DNA of 64,000 nucleotides from Lingula anatina (Eukaryota; Animalia; Brachiopoda), in contig CM120640.1 of assembly GCA_051362555.1 (NCBI GenBank), positions 15,066,001 to 15,130,000 of the forward strand, given 5' to 3'. The notes beneath the pieces were generated by a model. That model saw only the letters and a list, made by a program, of their open reading frames with translations, was not told the origin of the DNA and ran no database searches. The position numbers were made by a program, and so were the translations under genes. Of this stretch, positions 12,301 through 24,859 are shown piece by piece. Positions within the stretch are counted from its first letter, which is position 1. Every line of letters starts with the position of its first letter.

Positions 12301-15300
12301 CGGTGATCTGAAATAACAAATATTGCTTAATCTAATACTTTATAATAAATATATAACGCAAAGGCTAAAAGTCGCTTCAATCATAAGTATACAACAGGCA
12401 GGTTCAGTGTGATATTTGATCCCTTTCTCTCACGATTTTTTTTCTGGCACTGATTTTTTTTCGAAGATGAAATATTGATTATGACATAAATATGCGAATT
12501 GTAAGGGAAGAAGGTAAAGAAGCATTGTTTCAAGTTGTAACAAAATACCACTGCATAGCAAACCCCGACAGGATATGACTTTTAAAAAGTCCAATACTAA
12601 TCACCTGTCAAATGGAATACAGGCTATCCTTGACTTTGACTATATTTTGATGGCAGGCAAAGCACTCACTTGAAAAAATCTTACTTTGAAAGGCGTTAAT
12701 GAGAATAAAAGTTTAAATGTTCACTACCCATTGTAGCGTTCATACACACTTTGTACCACTTACAGAGTAATTTAGTGATAAAAAACGAGTTGTTAGAATA
12801 TTTTAGCTTTAGGATTCAAAGTCTGCAATTCTGAAATTGCTATGTGTCAATTTATTGAAGTACTCTCGCGATGACAGAGCAGCTACGAGTTGGTCAAACA
12901 AAGGGTTAGTATTCTTATAACCATCAGCTATGGGAGGGACTGAGTCATAAACTCAGATGAGTTCTGTCCACTTTTTTAGTTTCATATGGAAATCAGTCCT
13001 GAAGATTATTTCAGTATTGTCGTCTGTATTGTGAAAATCAGTCCGAGGCGCCATGAACGTCTTATCACCAAGATCTGGTCATTTGGTCATAAGCTAATGT
13101 CAAGGGTCAGCTAAATGTTCTGGGCGTCAAATTTCAGCGTCTCAATTGAGTAATTCACAGTAGCTTTCCGGCTAAAGAAAGTGAGCAGAAAGAGAAAGGT
13201 GCCTTTAAAAAGTATATCGGGTTTTTAGATTAACGTTCCAATCCCATTGACAGGCGTTTCTATTTCTATTGATTCCCATGCATTTTGAGCGTTGTGCCGA
13301 CTGATCGGTCAATATGAAATTCCAGTATTGGGAGACGTTAGCTGAATTCTCTAAATGTTATTACCGTTAATTTCCTGGTGGAACATCTACGTCTAAGTTT
13401 CATATTTCTCGATATAACTTGATAAATTAGACTCAATGAATGCACAGGATAGGTTACCAACTGGACCCTTGAGAAAACAATTCCAAAAACGCTTCTGCGG
13501 AATATTGCAAAAACATTTAAATGCGCATTACCGAAAACAACCCATTTGTAGCAAAGAGGCATTGGGGCACACAGGAGACATTTGTTTGACATATCTCGAT
13601 TGAAAGTCTCATTACTTTACGTTGATTACGATGTATATTACGTCAGCTGGTTAAAAAACAATCCTTTGGAGTCAATGTGCGTTAATGGGGATCAATAAAG
13701 CTGCAAATGTTCCAAATTGGCCAGGGACATAAACTACAAATGGAAGATAAAATGAGCTTTTTTTCAGGAGGAAAGGGGTGGAGGGGGAGGGAAAGACTGA
13801 TTGATTGGTACATTGGTTCAGAAGAAGCTTTAATTCACTAGCTTGCTTCGTGTTGTTCACTGATACCACGAGATCGTTAAGAGATTACAAAGACCTCATT
13901 TAAAAATTTCTACAAAAACGATTCATTGGTTTAAAAGAAACTTTATTTCACTAGTTTTCTTCATTTTGTTCACTGATACCACGAGGTCGTGAAAGAGATT
14001 ACAAAGACGTCGTTTGAAATTTCTACAAAACGCTTCCCGCTTTGCATCAATATTTACGAGGTCGTTAACCAATAACGGTGCCCGTCTTGTCCGACATAAA
14101 GCCACTTAGCAATCTACTTTGTCCACCCTCTTGAAATGTCAGATATAGTAACCAATAAAATTGTCAAATCTGATTTCCTTTCACGGTCGTATCTATCGCC
14201 TAAACGTTACCTAGGTGGTCCCGCCATGAGGAACGCACAGACGCCGACCGAAACTCAGTTTTTCCCTCCATTGTGTCTTCGAAATTCAGTATTTTGATGC
14301 AAAAATGCCACTGCTCCTGCGTTTCTTTGTCGCCATCTGTTTAGGAGTGTGTAATGTCAAGAAGGCTTGACGTTGAACTAGTGGCGCTATCAAATTTCAG
14401 CACCCAAGGAAAATGCCAGAGGGCTGAACATCGCACAGGAGCAGCGGCAGATATTAACGGCACGTGCAAACCTTTCAGCACTTTTAAGTGCATGATGTGA
14501 GGATAGAAGCAGCACGGAATATTAACATGATTAAGTCCCCCCTCCTTTTCCCTCCACAAATTAATCTCGGATAAGCTATCAATCATAAGCTCCCGTACTA
14601 TCGCGTCCTCCGTCGCTTGGATCCCCAGTTATGAATTAATCGGCAAACAAACGAGCAAAGGTTACTCTAAACTAAACTCGCTTTCTTGATAATTGGGCTC
14701 CAATAAGTACATTTTGTTACGCAAACCTATCAGGTGTCAAAGAGTGAGGTTACTGGAATACGCAGATTCAGTAGTAACAACCCCACCCCCTTCAAAAAAT
14801 GAATGGATGAAATTAAAGACATGAAATAATAACGCAGGCAGTCTCACATTTGGGGTACAGTAGGTGCATATGAGAGGAAAGTGATCCGATGACAGAGTAA
14901 ATCCTGAAATTCAAAGTAACGCTCAAAATAAAATTCAGAGACGACACCGAAGACCCAGCATACACAGAACGTTTTATAAAGTTGCCATAACGTCATCACA
15001 ACGTTTTATTTTTTAATATATTTTCATAATGGCAACGTTAAGTTATAATGACGTTCTGTGTTTGTTGGGGATGAGCATCAATTTCCCCAAAGATGACAGT
15101 CAGGTTGTCGCACGGCTCAAGTCACGACTCACCTTGGCAACAGTGCCGAGGTCCACCTGTAACCACTCCGAGGTGGACTTGTACTTGGCGCACCAGCCGC
15201 GCCCGTTGGGTTGATACAGGCGCGCGTATTTCTCGTGGCAGCCCTTATCCCACTCCTGTGGGTAGGAGCTGGAGGCGGTGATCTGCCAGTCTTGGATAGA

Positions 15301-17257
15301 GCCAGTGATCATCCCCAATGGGCCATGGTGGTCACAGCCTGCTGAAAGATGAACAAAGAAAAACACATGTTATGTATTGTGTTTGTATGTATACGCTAGG
15401 TTCAAGGACACTTATGTTGGATCCTAGATATAGGCAAAATGTTTTTTTTCGAATCTGCCTATGGAAGCACTCAAGGGTGGGGGTCGGGGGTGGCCATACT
15501 GCCCTTGCCTTGACTTCTGAGGTACCTCCTTCTCCCCCTTCCCCAATCCATCCAAATAAAATACAAGCAATTCTGCCATCCCCATACTTTATTGGTCTTA
15601 TATATTATAGTAATATATCAGTGATTGTACCACACGAATAAATGTCCTCGCCTATAGTGTGTCGTACGATGGGAGGCAAAACTTTTTATCTTTGTGTAAC
15701 CCCAAGTCCCCCCCCCCCCCCCTCCAGCACCACCACCACCACCACCACCACCACCACCCACCCCATTAGCAAAAGCCTGGACCCGACCTTGCTCACGTGA
15801 AGCACGGGGGTTTTAGGAATGCTGTTCAGGTGTGCTATCCACCAGGGCAGACACCTGCGGAAATGCATTCTATATATATTTTCAACCCAAAAAGACAAGT
15901 GGATAAAAGGTTGCTCTTATCAAGAAGTGCACAACAAATCTTATATATATTGCCTTTCTGTCGGCGCCCCTTTTGATGTCTGGCTCCTACTTTTCAGAAC
16001 AACAGACCAACAGTGACAAGCTATATATCCATCTATATTTCTCTGCAGAATTGTGTGTACGCGAGAAGTAATTTCCACTCTAAATCACTCATTAAATTTG
16101 TCACCCCTTTCAAACGTTAAAGTAAACAGCACTGAATGCAGTACAATACAAAGAAAGGCGGAAAGGTATATTGCTTGTGTAATACACAAAATCAAGCAAT
16201 AACGACTTTAGTTGTTTGGAAGAGAATGCAAAGATGCGATTTCGTGACTCAATGCTAATCTTAAGCAGTTTTCGACGAACTGTAAAATATCTCTTTGAAC
16301 AACCAAACTAGAGGGGCTAACGAAATGACCAGGCGTGTTTCGGTGACTAAGTCGAGCATACCTTGGTTTATATAGAACAATGAGGGCGCAATGAGGTGGT
16401 ATAACAATACTTAAACTTGATGATATTTTGCAAATTCGAGTCATTGCATCGTCAAGTGAAAAACACAAACAAGAACGGCCACCGCGAAGTAGGAAAGGGC
16501 CTACGCAGTTTTCCTGCGAGAGGAATCATAAACTAAGAATACCTTTCGTTGCTTTCGCTGAATAGCTTTACTTTTTACACCTTACATGCCGTTTCCTGTT
16601 TGAATTTTTCGCTCACTCCTACATCCCATCCCAACTTAAAGAACAGATGATACAATAATCTTAAATCACAGATTAAGTGGCTAGTATTAAATCAAAATAA
16701 GTGGTAAAGGTGACTTGATATTACGGGAGAGCAAACATTGCTGTATCAGTTAGATTGCTACCGTTATGTGGATTACATCTATAAATTAAAGCTTTGGTGT
16801 GCAACTTATTGGAATTTTTCACAATTCCCATAAATCAGGAGAGAAAATGCGAAGTACACGAGGGGTAAAGGTCTCCCTTTTTGAATAAAAATATTCACAA
16901 AAAGATTAACTTGTTACTCGTTACGTGTATGAACTTTTTATGTGTTACGTATGTTATCTCAGAAGTTGAAGGCATTGTGAACTTGCAGATCGTGCTTACT
17001 TGAACAAAAAAATTCGCAAGTAGGCGCACCATATCATTAAACGTGTTGATTTACAATCGGTTCGTCTATCTTGTGTGTTATCTTAATCTTTAACCACACA
17101 TATGTATGAATCCAAATGTTCTGGAATGATAAATAATGGGTGTCTGACAAATAAACATAATATGTGGTTGGGAAAAAATTTACTCACCCTCCAGGCTCAT
17201 GATTCCGCCTAAGAGAAGCACACCAACTAGATACAACTTCGCCATCTGCCTTGTCAT
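2342..17257 (-). CDS. Secreted lactadherin/EDIL3-like discoidin protein: signal peptide + 2x F5/8 type C domains + Cys linker + C-terminal F-type-lectin-like (galactose-binding fold) domain, ~521 aa, 10 coding exons
   Basis: Frame-consistent GT-AG exons: 17188-17257 (MTRQMAKLYLVGVLLLGGIMSLE, signal-peptide-like), 15133-15341, 12185-12307, 9210-9348, 7751-7891, 6942-7114, 5231-5375, 4626-4673, 3457-3705, 2342-2610. F5/8C hallmarks occur twice (PLGM..G.I..WQITASS, WLQVDLG/WLQFDVG, TGVMTQGR, WVT.F.VSYS, F.GN.D, ARF.., MRVEILGC). The last domain has NLA..VDG..CT..VDLG..GRYVYI..LCEVMVY. No EGF or transmembrane segment. Confidence 0.9.
3387..3426. repeat. Compound (GT)n(GA)n microsatellite
   Basis: Seen directly in the sequence. 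Confidence 0.95.
6175..6282 (-). CDS. Putative alternative cassette exon (36 aa, S/T/P-rich) of the discoidin gene
   Basis: Strong acceptor TTCCCTGTCTCTTCCTAG|CAG, strong donor ATG|GTAAGA, 108 nt, stop-free. Phase 0-0 matches the host intron. Encodes QPSNNLTSSRSSISTPYVSTSSNSVLPSNRPTSEAM. Confidence 0.6.
6360..6390. repeat. C31 homopolymer (G31 on the transcribed strand)
   Basis: Seen directly in the sequence. Confidence 0.9.
13811..14032. repeat. Two-copy tandem duplication, ~113-bp unit
   Basis: CATTGGTT...TTGTTCACTGATACCACGAG...AGAGATTACAAAGAC...TTTCTACAAAA starts at 13811 and again at 13924. Confidence 0.85.
14954..15069. mobile_element. MITE with CCCAGCA...TGTTGGG termini and a 2-bp GA target-site duplication
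   Basis: TIRs CCCAGCATACACAGAACGT / ACGTTCTGTGTTTGTTGGG, inner inverted GTTGCCAT/ATGGCAAC, and GA flanking both ends. Confidence 0.65.
15708..15764. repeat. Poly-C plus (CAC)n simple repeat
   Basis: Seen directly in the sequence. Confidence 0.9.
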
Positions 17258-20200
17258 CTGAAATAAGAGAGAAGTTCTACTGTATAGGATGATAGGAAAC
17301 AACAAGGTCGTGTACACAGAACAACAAGGAGAAGAGAGAGGAACTGTACACCGCTCTTTTATGAACACTCTTTCATCACGGAGCGTCGATCTACAACAAA
17401 GACAAACCTGAGACAATATAAACCCAAACACTATTCCTATCTGTCAAATCGCAGTCAACAAACTTCCGCCGCTTTAAATGTAAAAAAATCCCATCAAGCT
17501 TTTCTTCAATGCATTCTTACAGTACTGTACTGCGCTTTGCGGCAGCACCGAATCAATTATCCATCTCAGCGTCTCTGGCGAGCAATGCAGACTGGTAACA
17601 GTGCACGTTACGCCGCCAACACAGGTGTATGTCGCGTGACGTAACTGCCGTCGGAGCGTTCCCGAGACAACAGAGTCCCACTTTTCTCTCTCACCTCACG
17701 CCGGTGTACCGTTATTAAATACTGTAATTAGCAAACTGCTCTCCTCTGTGTCTGATACGAATGAGGGCGGAGCTGTGACTATTTCCTTACACCCCCGTGA
17801 AAACTTCAGTCACCTCCCAACTGTGCCCCCTTTCAGGGCCAGGCTAGTTGAGGCGTTCTCATTGATCAAAATGATCGCCAGCAAGCAGAATTTGTCATAA
17901 ATTTCATGATGTCAAGAATTCAAAAAGATAAAACCGAGATGTTAGCAGCAATTCGAGTGATCCGTCCTGCTCCTTTTCGCGTTCCATTGCTAAAGTTAAA
18001 TTACGGAATGAAAACATATCAGTTTCCCCCTTCATAAAACAGATGTATGGAGGTTTAGGTATACTTTTCAACGTTGTTGACCTGTTAATTTATTATGGAT
18101 GCTCCAAAAGACTGCAAAGGGAAACTTTTATACCAATGTTACAATGAGATGAAAGGAGAAATCAAACAAAAAGAAGGCGAAAGAAAATGGTGCTGAATAG
18201 GCCAATATTGTAAAATCAACGTAAAAGTATTTGCTATAGATGCCGCACCTCAGATGTTGGCTTTGATATAAAGTTTGCTGACATCTTGGGTGAAGTATTT
18301 TATTCGATGAAATAAAAGGTCTGAACTTTGTCGAGAGCACGTCCCTAAACTGTTAGGAGAACTGTTAAGCATTTTGTTGCGTATTTCCTACGTGGATTCC
18401 CTTTGTTCGGGCAAGGGACCGGTATCGGTAATTTTCGTCTCACTACACATCAACAGCGTTTACCTCACGCCCCATGAAGTCGCCACACACTTTGCCGGGG
18501 AGCTCCTCATTAGCAGATATAGTATTCTTTTTAGAAACGCGCTTGCGAATTGTTGTATGGAAATGCAATAGCAGCGTCTACCCCATTAGGCCCGCGTGTG
18601 AAAATCAATATCTCCGATAAAAAATCGAAACCTTAAAAATAAAATGTTAAATTTTTCAAGTTGAAGTTGTTGGTCGATTTCTGGTGCAAACTATACATGA
18701 AACAAACACGCCAACAATACCGAAATGAAAGTCATCAAATGTAATTTTATAAATTCGTGTCTCAAGTCATGATAATAAACCGCTTTTATGTCGTTCCTTA
18801 ACTGCTATAAAATGATATTCAAAGAATGTTTATAAATGACAACCAGCAACATGCAATGTTAAAGAAAATTGCTTACTTTCTCCCTCTTATGCGTCTTTCC
18901 TATTAGTATTTCCTGGTTATACTGTGCCTTGGATAAAACTCGTTTGCTATTTTGCAACAGGGCCTCCTTATACAACGTCTACTCGATCTGCCATGGTCGC
19001 TCAAATGACGGCACAAATCAAATCGAGATACTTTTCATACCCCGTGCCGCTAAAAAAACGATTGGCGAGTAACTCGAGGGTAAAGAGTGATTAATTCAGC
19101 CAGATCTTCCAGTCAAAAGCTCCCCAAAGGCGCAATGCTATCCAATCACCTTCCAGATACCCAAGGAACAATAATCCGTAGTGACAGTCGAACAAAACAC
19201 CCCATACACCGATAAATTCAACTACTTGGCTACTTTTTAAGGCAATTGAAATATTTAGTAAACATATCTTAATGGGGAATGACATGATTTCATAATAGCC
19301 AGGAAGGCTTACCGCAGAAAGTTGATTTTTCTTCAGCTAAAGAATAGAGAATTGTGTTGATTTAAAACGAATTCTTTCTACATCGACGTTTTCACTCTTA
19401 CAATCGGGATACGTTTCTGGTTAATTACGTTATATTTAATTTGTTCTAGTCTACTAGGTCAATTTTACCTGTTATAATCGATTATTCGTTCGTATCAACC
19501 GTTTTCGAGGACAACTAGGGAAAAAATTAATCTTGGTAGGGGCCTGGGAGACGCGTATTAGTTTCAGTTCCCCTCTCTTGGATATAATTCCTGACATCGA
19601 GAGTGGATGGTACATATAAAGGATTTCCCCTTTTTTCTCAAGTCTTTCTCTTTCCTCTCTTTTCTCCTGCTTTCTTGCGCTTTTTTCAACCCATTTAAAT
19701 CAATCTATTTACTTCATCCACAACTTCCAGTAACCACGTGTAGTTACTCTATCAATCTTAACACGCCCTCGAATTTTTTCCTTAAACGTTTCAATCGATC
19801 AGCCAATCTAAATGTTTTCTCGGAACGTATTAAGTTGGAAAGTGAAAACGCACTCTAGGCGCATTAGATACATAACACTGTGCATAATAACTCTCAAAAC
19901 CTCATAGATATCGAATCAAGTCTGTAATCATACTCATCATCAGCCTGCTGACGCATATTTTGCACTTGAAATATTTCCTTTGATCTTTTAAAAATCGAGT
20001 GCTTCGGACAGTCATCGTTCATCTGCACTGGGAATGCAACATAAGTGCAGAACTTTTTTAGTTCTCTCTTTTCTTTTTTGTAACATGTTCTACTTTAAAG
20101 GCTACGATTTACATTTGAAGCTAAAATCTATTTTGGGTTTACCTTTCTTCGTTTTACAACTGAATGTTGCGCTCTCGAAAAAAAAATGAAACCTGAATTT

Positions 20201-20829
20201 ACTTCACCTAAATGTCCGATGTAATTGTACCGTCTCAAAATTATGGGTTTCAATTTCTTTTAGCTAATTACAGAAATTGCCGAGCACGACATTTGATAAC
20301 TTTGAAGCTAAAAACTACAGAGGAATTACGGCATCGACATTTGCTCTCATTTGATACTATGCCTCTCTAAAGCCTTGTTCAGTGCGGTAAAGGGAACATT
20401 TTTTACAAATGTCTTTTGATGACTAGGTTCTTTTTTAAATGATAAAATACACCCATGCAGGTGGCTATGTAAATACAAGTAATTAAGAATGTCACAAGGT
20501 CGTTAAAGATCTGTTTTTGTCCAACAAAACATGGAAAACACTGACAGTGACTATTCATAGTCCACACACGCAAAGCGGCACCTGTGGGACTGGGGCTCGA
20601 AAATTGGTTCTCAAAAATGCAACTCTCATGTTTTCAAGAGATTATTTTTTAAAGTTAATTAACTGCGGGGAGTTTTACCCGGAGCGAAATGTACTTCATT
20701 TCCTGTAGTTATGTTCTGAAGTAAAAGTGTATTTACTCGATTTTTGTGAGAAAGTTACTATACAGCTTGTGTAGAAAGCTTATTCTCATAGGTCCATGTT
20801 TTGATTGATTGTTGCATCCATCAATATTG

Positions 20830-20831
<2 letters not shown>

Positions 20832-20883
<52 letters not shown>
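20832..20883. repeat. Compound (CA)n(GA)n microsatellite
   Basis: Seen directly in the sequence. Confidence 0.95.
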
Positions 20884-23800
20884 TGGTTGGTTTTCCACAA
20901 TTGAATAATATATCGTAGAATACCGGTAGGGTCACTTGAATGCGTACTCAGTCGCATCATGACTGACAACTCATCCCTACATAACGCAGATGAGTCTGTC
21001 ATCGCCTACGTAAACTTGGCAAAATACGACAAATGTGGACACCCGATCCGAACAATCTCCCCCGCCACACAATCACTCCAATTCCACTTGAAGGAGATTT
21101 TCATCCATCGATGTAAAGGCTATTATCACGGGGGTGTGAAGAGCAGGTGAACGAAAATGATCCCTCAATATCACGGGATATCAGAGTGAGCGCCAATAGC
21201 TTGGGTGTCGTTTAATTGGATTATCAAGGCTGGGATAGTGGAGACAATACAGACCCCAAACTGCTGATGGAAGGATACGGTGTATCAATTTAATCTAACT
21301 TCACGTGAGATTAGATTGTCTGCCTGTTTGCCTATTAGATTAATATACTTTAAAAGGACCTTTTCACACTCTGTCTATTCCATCGTTGTTGAAAAGCGAC
21401 TAAGCTCCGGGTATTAGTTGAGCAGCAGTTAGTGTGGATCATGGATTAGGAGCTACATACTCTGGATACCTAGAGATGAATGGGTCTCACTTTTGAGGCC
21501 ACATCATTACTACACTCATAATTTACACTGAAATGAGGGAGTGGTGACACGCAGGAAAAAAAATCACACAAATCTAAGGGAATTAGTGTCAAAGCGTGTT
21601 TTGATGGAAAGAGACTAATAATACCAATAGAATACACATAACGTGATTCATGCTACCATTTCAAAGAGGTGTCTAATACCGTCATAAGCGCATATTTCAC
21701 GGATATGTTAAGAATTGACATAAATGTGTCTCGCAGCACAGAAAAAAGACCCGCTCTGACACCAAATAGCAGCCACCTGTTGTGACACAGGTGTAAGTGC
21801 TCCTTGGCACGCTGACATTCTAGCATAAATATATCAAAGGTGTTTCGCATCATCTTTGAGGAACTGATTTCGCGAGTTTCCTGTTGGATCTATCTGGCAT
21901 TTAACATGAGAAATCCCCTGGGAGAAATACACTCGTCCTCCTTGATATAATACTCAAAGATTGCAAAAAAAAAAAAAAAAAAAAAAAAAATGTCTCCTCC
22001 GATATACATGTGTTGGCTGTGAAAATATAATTATCTTACTTCACATCTACTTTCAATTCTTGCTAATTCAACGAACATTAAACATGTTGTTTCTATTATT
22101 GATACGTATCGGTAAGCATTTTGTTTGGGAATGTCCCTGGATTCTGGGGATCCGTTTAGGCGACAGAATGCTTGTAGCGATTTGTTGAATGATATTGATA
22201 TTATATTTGCATTTAGTTATTATGAGAATATAAAATTTAAACCGTCATATATATTGTCACCAGTTATCAATATCATGCTCCTCTTTTTCCACAACATCAC
22301 ACAATTTTTAGAAATACAAACAGAATTGCACGTCTCAATGTATTGTTTTGTAAACATCTGATATGTAAGAACATTTTTTCTTCAAATTGTAAAATGGCAG
22401 TACGTATCTCTTTCTATATTATATCACAGACCTGATATTACAATAAAACTTATTCAAACATGTATGTAACCGGGTCATATTCAATTTTCCTCACTAAACA
22501 AGACTTGGCACTTGACCCCTTTGTCAAACATTTGGAATTTTTGGCAGCACAAATGACACATAAATTTACAACAAATCCAACCCTGTACATCCGGGACACT
22601 ACATGTACAAAGATGGCATCACACAAAGCACATTTCACTTCAATTTTCGATTGAACGACCAACCTAGCTTATTCCCAGATTATTAATTAGAAATTTCTAA
22701 CCTGAAGTTTACAATTGGTACAATGTATCTATAGATAGATACAATAGCACAGGTAAAGAGACGCCAACGAAGATAAAAGTTGTCGCTTGATATGATCGTA
22801 AACCTGGCCCGCACGGGTGACACGGGGTTCACGATTTGACCCTACACGTAAAGAGGAAAAGTATCAGGGCCGACAGTAAAAATGCCAGGTTTGCTTTGAA
22901 CCTCTCCCAAGACTCGTCACCGTCTCTTCAAGGCTGCTATGTCTCTTGGTGCATATTAACAATTAGTGTCAATTAGCTTAATATTTATTAGGTTCAGGCA
23001 CAGCAGAATCCACCGAGGCCGTTCGCCAGTGCACACAAGAATGTTTTATCAACTCTTCTCACGCAAAGTTACTGCGCCCACCATTTACCTTTCCCAATCT
23101 CTTGGGCACACAGTGGTATTTGCTTTTAGTTAAGCCCAGGTTGTGAGTATATTAATGACAAAACAAAAGGTATACTGATTTGCCGCCAGAAAACACATCC
23201 CATTAACTGGTAGCAAGGACGTGTGAAGCCATGCTCAAGGGAACACCGCCAATTTTTACTGCTCAGTTTTCGCACCTTGTGAGTTAGGAAATTATGCTAC
23301 TTATTGATGTAATTTTTAGGATAATTGTGTAAATAATGAATGGATTTAAATAAAAATGCAGTAAACCCGGTTTAATACGGCCTAAATTGTCAGGCATAAA
23401 CTGACTCATGGTCCTGCGTTTGAAAATGAGAACTGATGGATGTATAAAAATCTTTTAAGAGATACCATGCCAAGTAGAAATTGGTGACAGCTCAGTCACA
23501 ACCTAGCTCAATTTACGGGTGCTCAAGTGTCATTCTATTTTCTTGACCTGAAGTCTTTTAAGTGTCATCTTTTTTTGACCTGATGTCTTGGAGGGGGGAT
23601 TTCACGACCTCACGCTGGCGACGGAGGACAAACGGCCCCCGGAGAATATCAGGAGAAGTCCGCCTTTCTATAATTATAAGCTCATTACTCGTAAGATCCG
23701 ACACAGTGTGTTTTTTGTTTTCCCAGATAAAAGAGCACATCCTAGGTTACCACTGGGCAAATAAACGGTATTTGCACAAACTGAAAATCAGAGGAGATTT

Positions 23801-24825
23801 ACAACGATCGTCCATTTTCTATGCACTTGACGTGGATAAAGCTTTTCAGAGATCTTCTTAAAATTGCCGATTATGGGCATTATTTTGAAGCACTCGCTTA
23901 CAACAGGAGAACTTCCCTGGGCTTTGGGGTGGTCCAAACCCTGGGATCTCCGGGACAAGTTTGAGTGAATGAGAGATATTATACCTGTAATGCGATTAAT
24001 TCTGCTAGATTAATGTCCAGCATTTATTTTATCTTAACATCCGGAAGAAAGAGGACTCGGAGATCGCTTCCATACAATGCGGGGATGTTAGCTATCATAA
24101 CTTTCAGTATTGCTATCATAATGTTTTTTGCCTATCGGCAATGCAGTCTAGATGACTACCATTGACCCGTCGCTCACACCGAGTCGGGCGATCCCACAAC
24201 CTGTTTTCCACGTCTATCTTCAGTTATATCATAACAAAAAAATATAATTTACCTTTGTCTGTTCTGCGGATAGGCTTGTTAAATCCTTTTCTACAACCAT
24301 CTATTTTATATTAACTCCTTTCCCAAGTTTTTATCTTCCCTGCGCCCAGCTCTCAACTACGGACGTACACTGTCGACCCACAAAGATAGTTCTTTGATAA
24401 TGTGATGTCGCTTTGTTGACGACGGACTGGAAGGTCTGTGACGACACACACTAGAAAGTGTCACATTAGTACCCCATCCAGGTGCTCATGTCATTAAAAA
24501 ATCAGCACCTTTGATGCTTATGAAGTGGTGGGCAGAGAGCACACAGGCTAGGTTAACCGCCAAAATATCGGACCCTGCTAATGTCCATATCAATAGCGTT
24601 TTGTGGTTTGTTGCAAACCTGAACATAATCGCGGTGACAGTTTATTTAAAAACCCGAGCTATCAAAAACTTACTGTGTGTTCAAAGACAGCCTCCCTGAT
24701 GTTGACGCAAAAATACACGCACAGAACGAGCTTGGCGCTTGCCTTGAATTTGATCGATTATTCACCTATTTGCCCTCTCTAAGGGTTTAATTCAAAATGA
24801 TTCTTAAATGTTTTGCCGCCGACTG

Positions 24826-24859
<34 letters not shown>

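Noticed and set aside
14396-14418. REST/RE1-like motif TTCAGCACCCAAGGAAAATGCC
   Set aside because: Wrong spacer and a poor right half-site; REST is not expected in this lineage.
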